From assembly GCF_018977255.1 (NCBI RefSeq), contig NW_024704742.1, positions 10,604,001 through 10,668,000 of the forward strand: a stretch of DNA of 64,000 nt, read 5' to 3'. The stretch's first letter is position 1. Each line of letters starts with the position of its first letter. Made by a program: the position numbers and the translations under genes. This DNA is from Callorhinchus milii. Taxonomy: Eukaryota. The notes under the pieces are model-generated. The model had not been told where the DNA came from, did not search any database, and saw nothing but the letters and a program-made list of their open reading frames with translations. Positions 62,701 through 64,000 of the stretch are shown here, piece by piece.

Positions 62701-63344
62701 AGAAAATTGAGGGAACAGTTGCACACTATTTGGTGAGGACAGTTGTGGAGAGGTATGAGTGTTTCAACAATGAGGGATTATTTATTTTATTTTCCTTCGT
62801 GACTAGTGAGATAGACTGGAAGAGTCTCCTGACCTTCTACATTCCAATTAAAATTAACACCAAAGCAACAGTTCTGAGTTTTCCTTCTAATAATAATAAT
62901 CTTTGCGTTTGATGTAGCGCATTGAGACGTCTCAAAGCGCTTCACAGAATGTACTGTAAAGTGAATCAACTGTATATTTTGTGAGCAAAAACGTAATGAC
63001 TCCCATTTATTCAAATAGAAAAATAAAATCATGGAGTATAGAGTTCAGACTGAAGTGGTTTCTGGTGCTTTGGTAAAATGGCATGGAATTATGTACTACA
63101 TCTTTCTCTTCAATAGATTCATTAGTAAATCTGTTAGTCAATCAGAAACTTTAGACCTGTGTGTAGGTTCCATTAAAATTGAGAAACCCACATGGAGTCA
63201 GAGAGAGAGAGTGAAATAAATCAAGTCGTGGTTAGGTGTTGCCAAGCTTTGGCTTAAAAAGCGTGTAGATTGTCAGAGGGACAGAAGATTGAGGGAGGTA
63301 AGAAGTTCTACAGTCCTGTCCTGAGGTCCTGGGAAAGAATGAGT

Positions 63345-63610
63345 CAACAACAACAAATTACATTTGTCAGGAGACGTCTCCTGACTTTCATATCCAGGAG
63401 GACGCCCCAAGGCGCTGGACAGTCAGGGATCCACATCCAAGCTGGTGGTTGGGATCAGGAAGGGTGGAGGGAGGGTAGGGGTAGGAGGGTGACCAAAGGC
63501 ACGATTGAAGAGGAGGGTCTTGAGACTGGTCTTAAAGGAGGCAAGGGAGGGGACGAGGAGGAGAAACTGTGGGATGGAGTTCCAGAGGATAGGGGCAGAG
63601 AGGCTGAGAG
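63345..63610 (-). mobile_element. L2 3' fragment (subfamily A)
   Basis: (CAA)n, GGAGGACGCCCCAAGGCGCTGGACAG, reverse C-terminus. Confidence 0.85.
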
Positions 63611-64000
63611 ATGGTCAGGAGGTAGGTGCAGAGAAGAAGAACAACATGTTGCAATTTGGGAAGAAAGGGGAGAAAAATTAAAAGTAGGGGAAATAACCAC
63701 ACAATAGAGACTGAGAGTGGTTGAGACAATGACAGAGACAAATGAGCCCCAGAATTTTTCATGGTTTTAGCCTGAAGACAATTGCCTTAAAGTATAAGAT
63801 TATGCAGAATTTTGGAAAATTCTTAAATGCAGCCTTAATTTGGATGCCAGTTTTTCCACAATTCTTTAACACCTACTCTGGCATACTGGTGCCTTCCGTC
63901 ACCTCATAAGTGTTGAGCAAGATGGCTCACATTCTTGCTGAGGATCGATTTCAAGATCATCTTTTTTCAATCCCTCTACATAGCCTCCTTTTATCTACCT

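Noticed and set aside
1..64000. CRISPR arrays, prokaryotic operons or defence systems, LTR or DNA transposon ORFs
   Set aside because: None seen; repeats are dispersed retroposons without regular repeat-spacer structure

Overview
This is eukaryotic, non-coding DNA (intronic or intergenic) densely filled with retroposons. The repeat set points to a cartilaginous fish, possibly a holocephalan (inference): CR1 LINEs with (ATTCTATG)n tails, L2 LINEs with (TTG)n tails, Deu-domain SINEs and Penelope-type terminal repeats. I found no host exon I can support. Every recognisable ORF is a decayed CR1 or L2 fragment (ORF1 esterase, endonuclease, RT) or a spurious reading of a SINE. Contents: about 35 copies or fragments of a tRNA-Ala-headed SINE in long and short forms, several older DeuSINE copies, about 20 L2 3' fragments of two subfamilies, about 10 CR1 fragments, a ~360 bp C-free G-rich tract, a strong CTCF motif, and repeat-free AT-rich islands that may be conserved enhancers. 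Most notable: (1) a 231-bp Penelope-like insert with a 15-bp target-site duplication (TSD), a 92-bp inverted repeat and an intact minimal hammerhead ribozyme core; (2) SINE subfamilies that keep the same 3' stem but differ in its loop, with the youngest-looking copies matching a local L2 family exactly; (3) several fold-back or templated junction structures, including an 80-bp near-perfect palindrome. Coordinates were read by eye and repeat ends are approximate.
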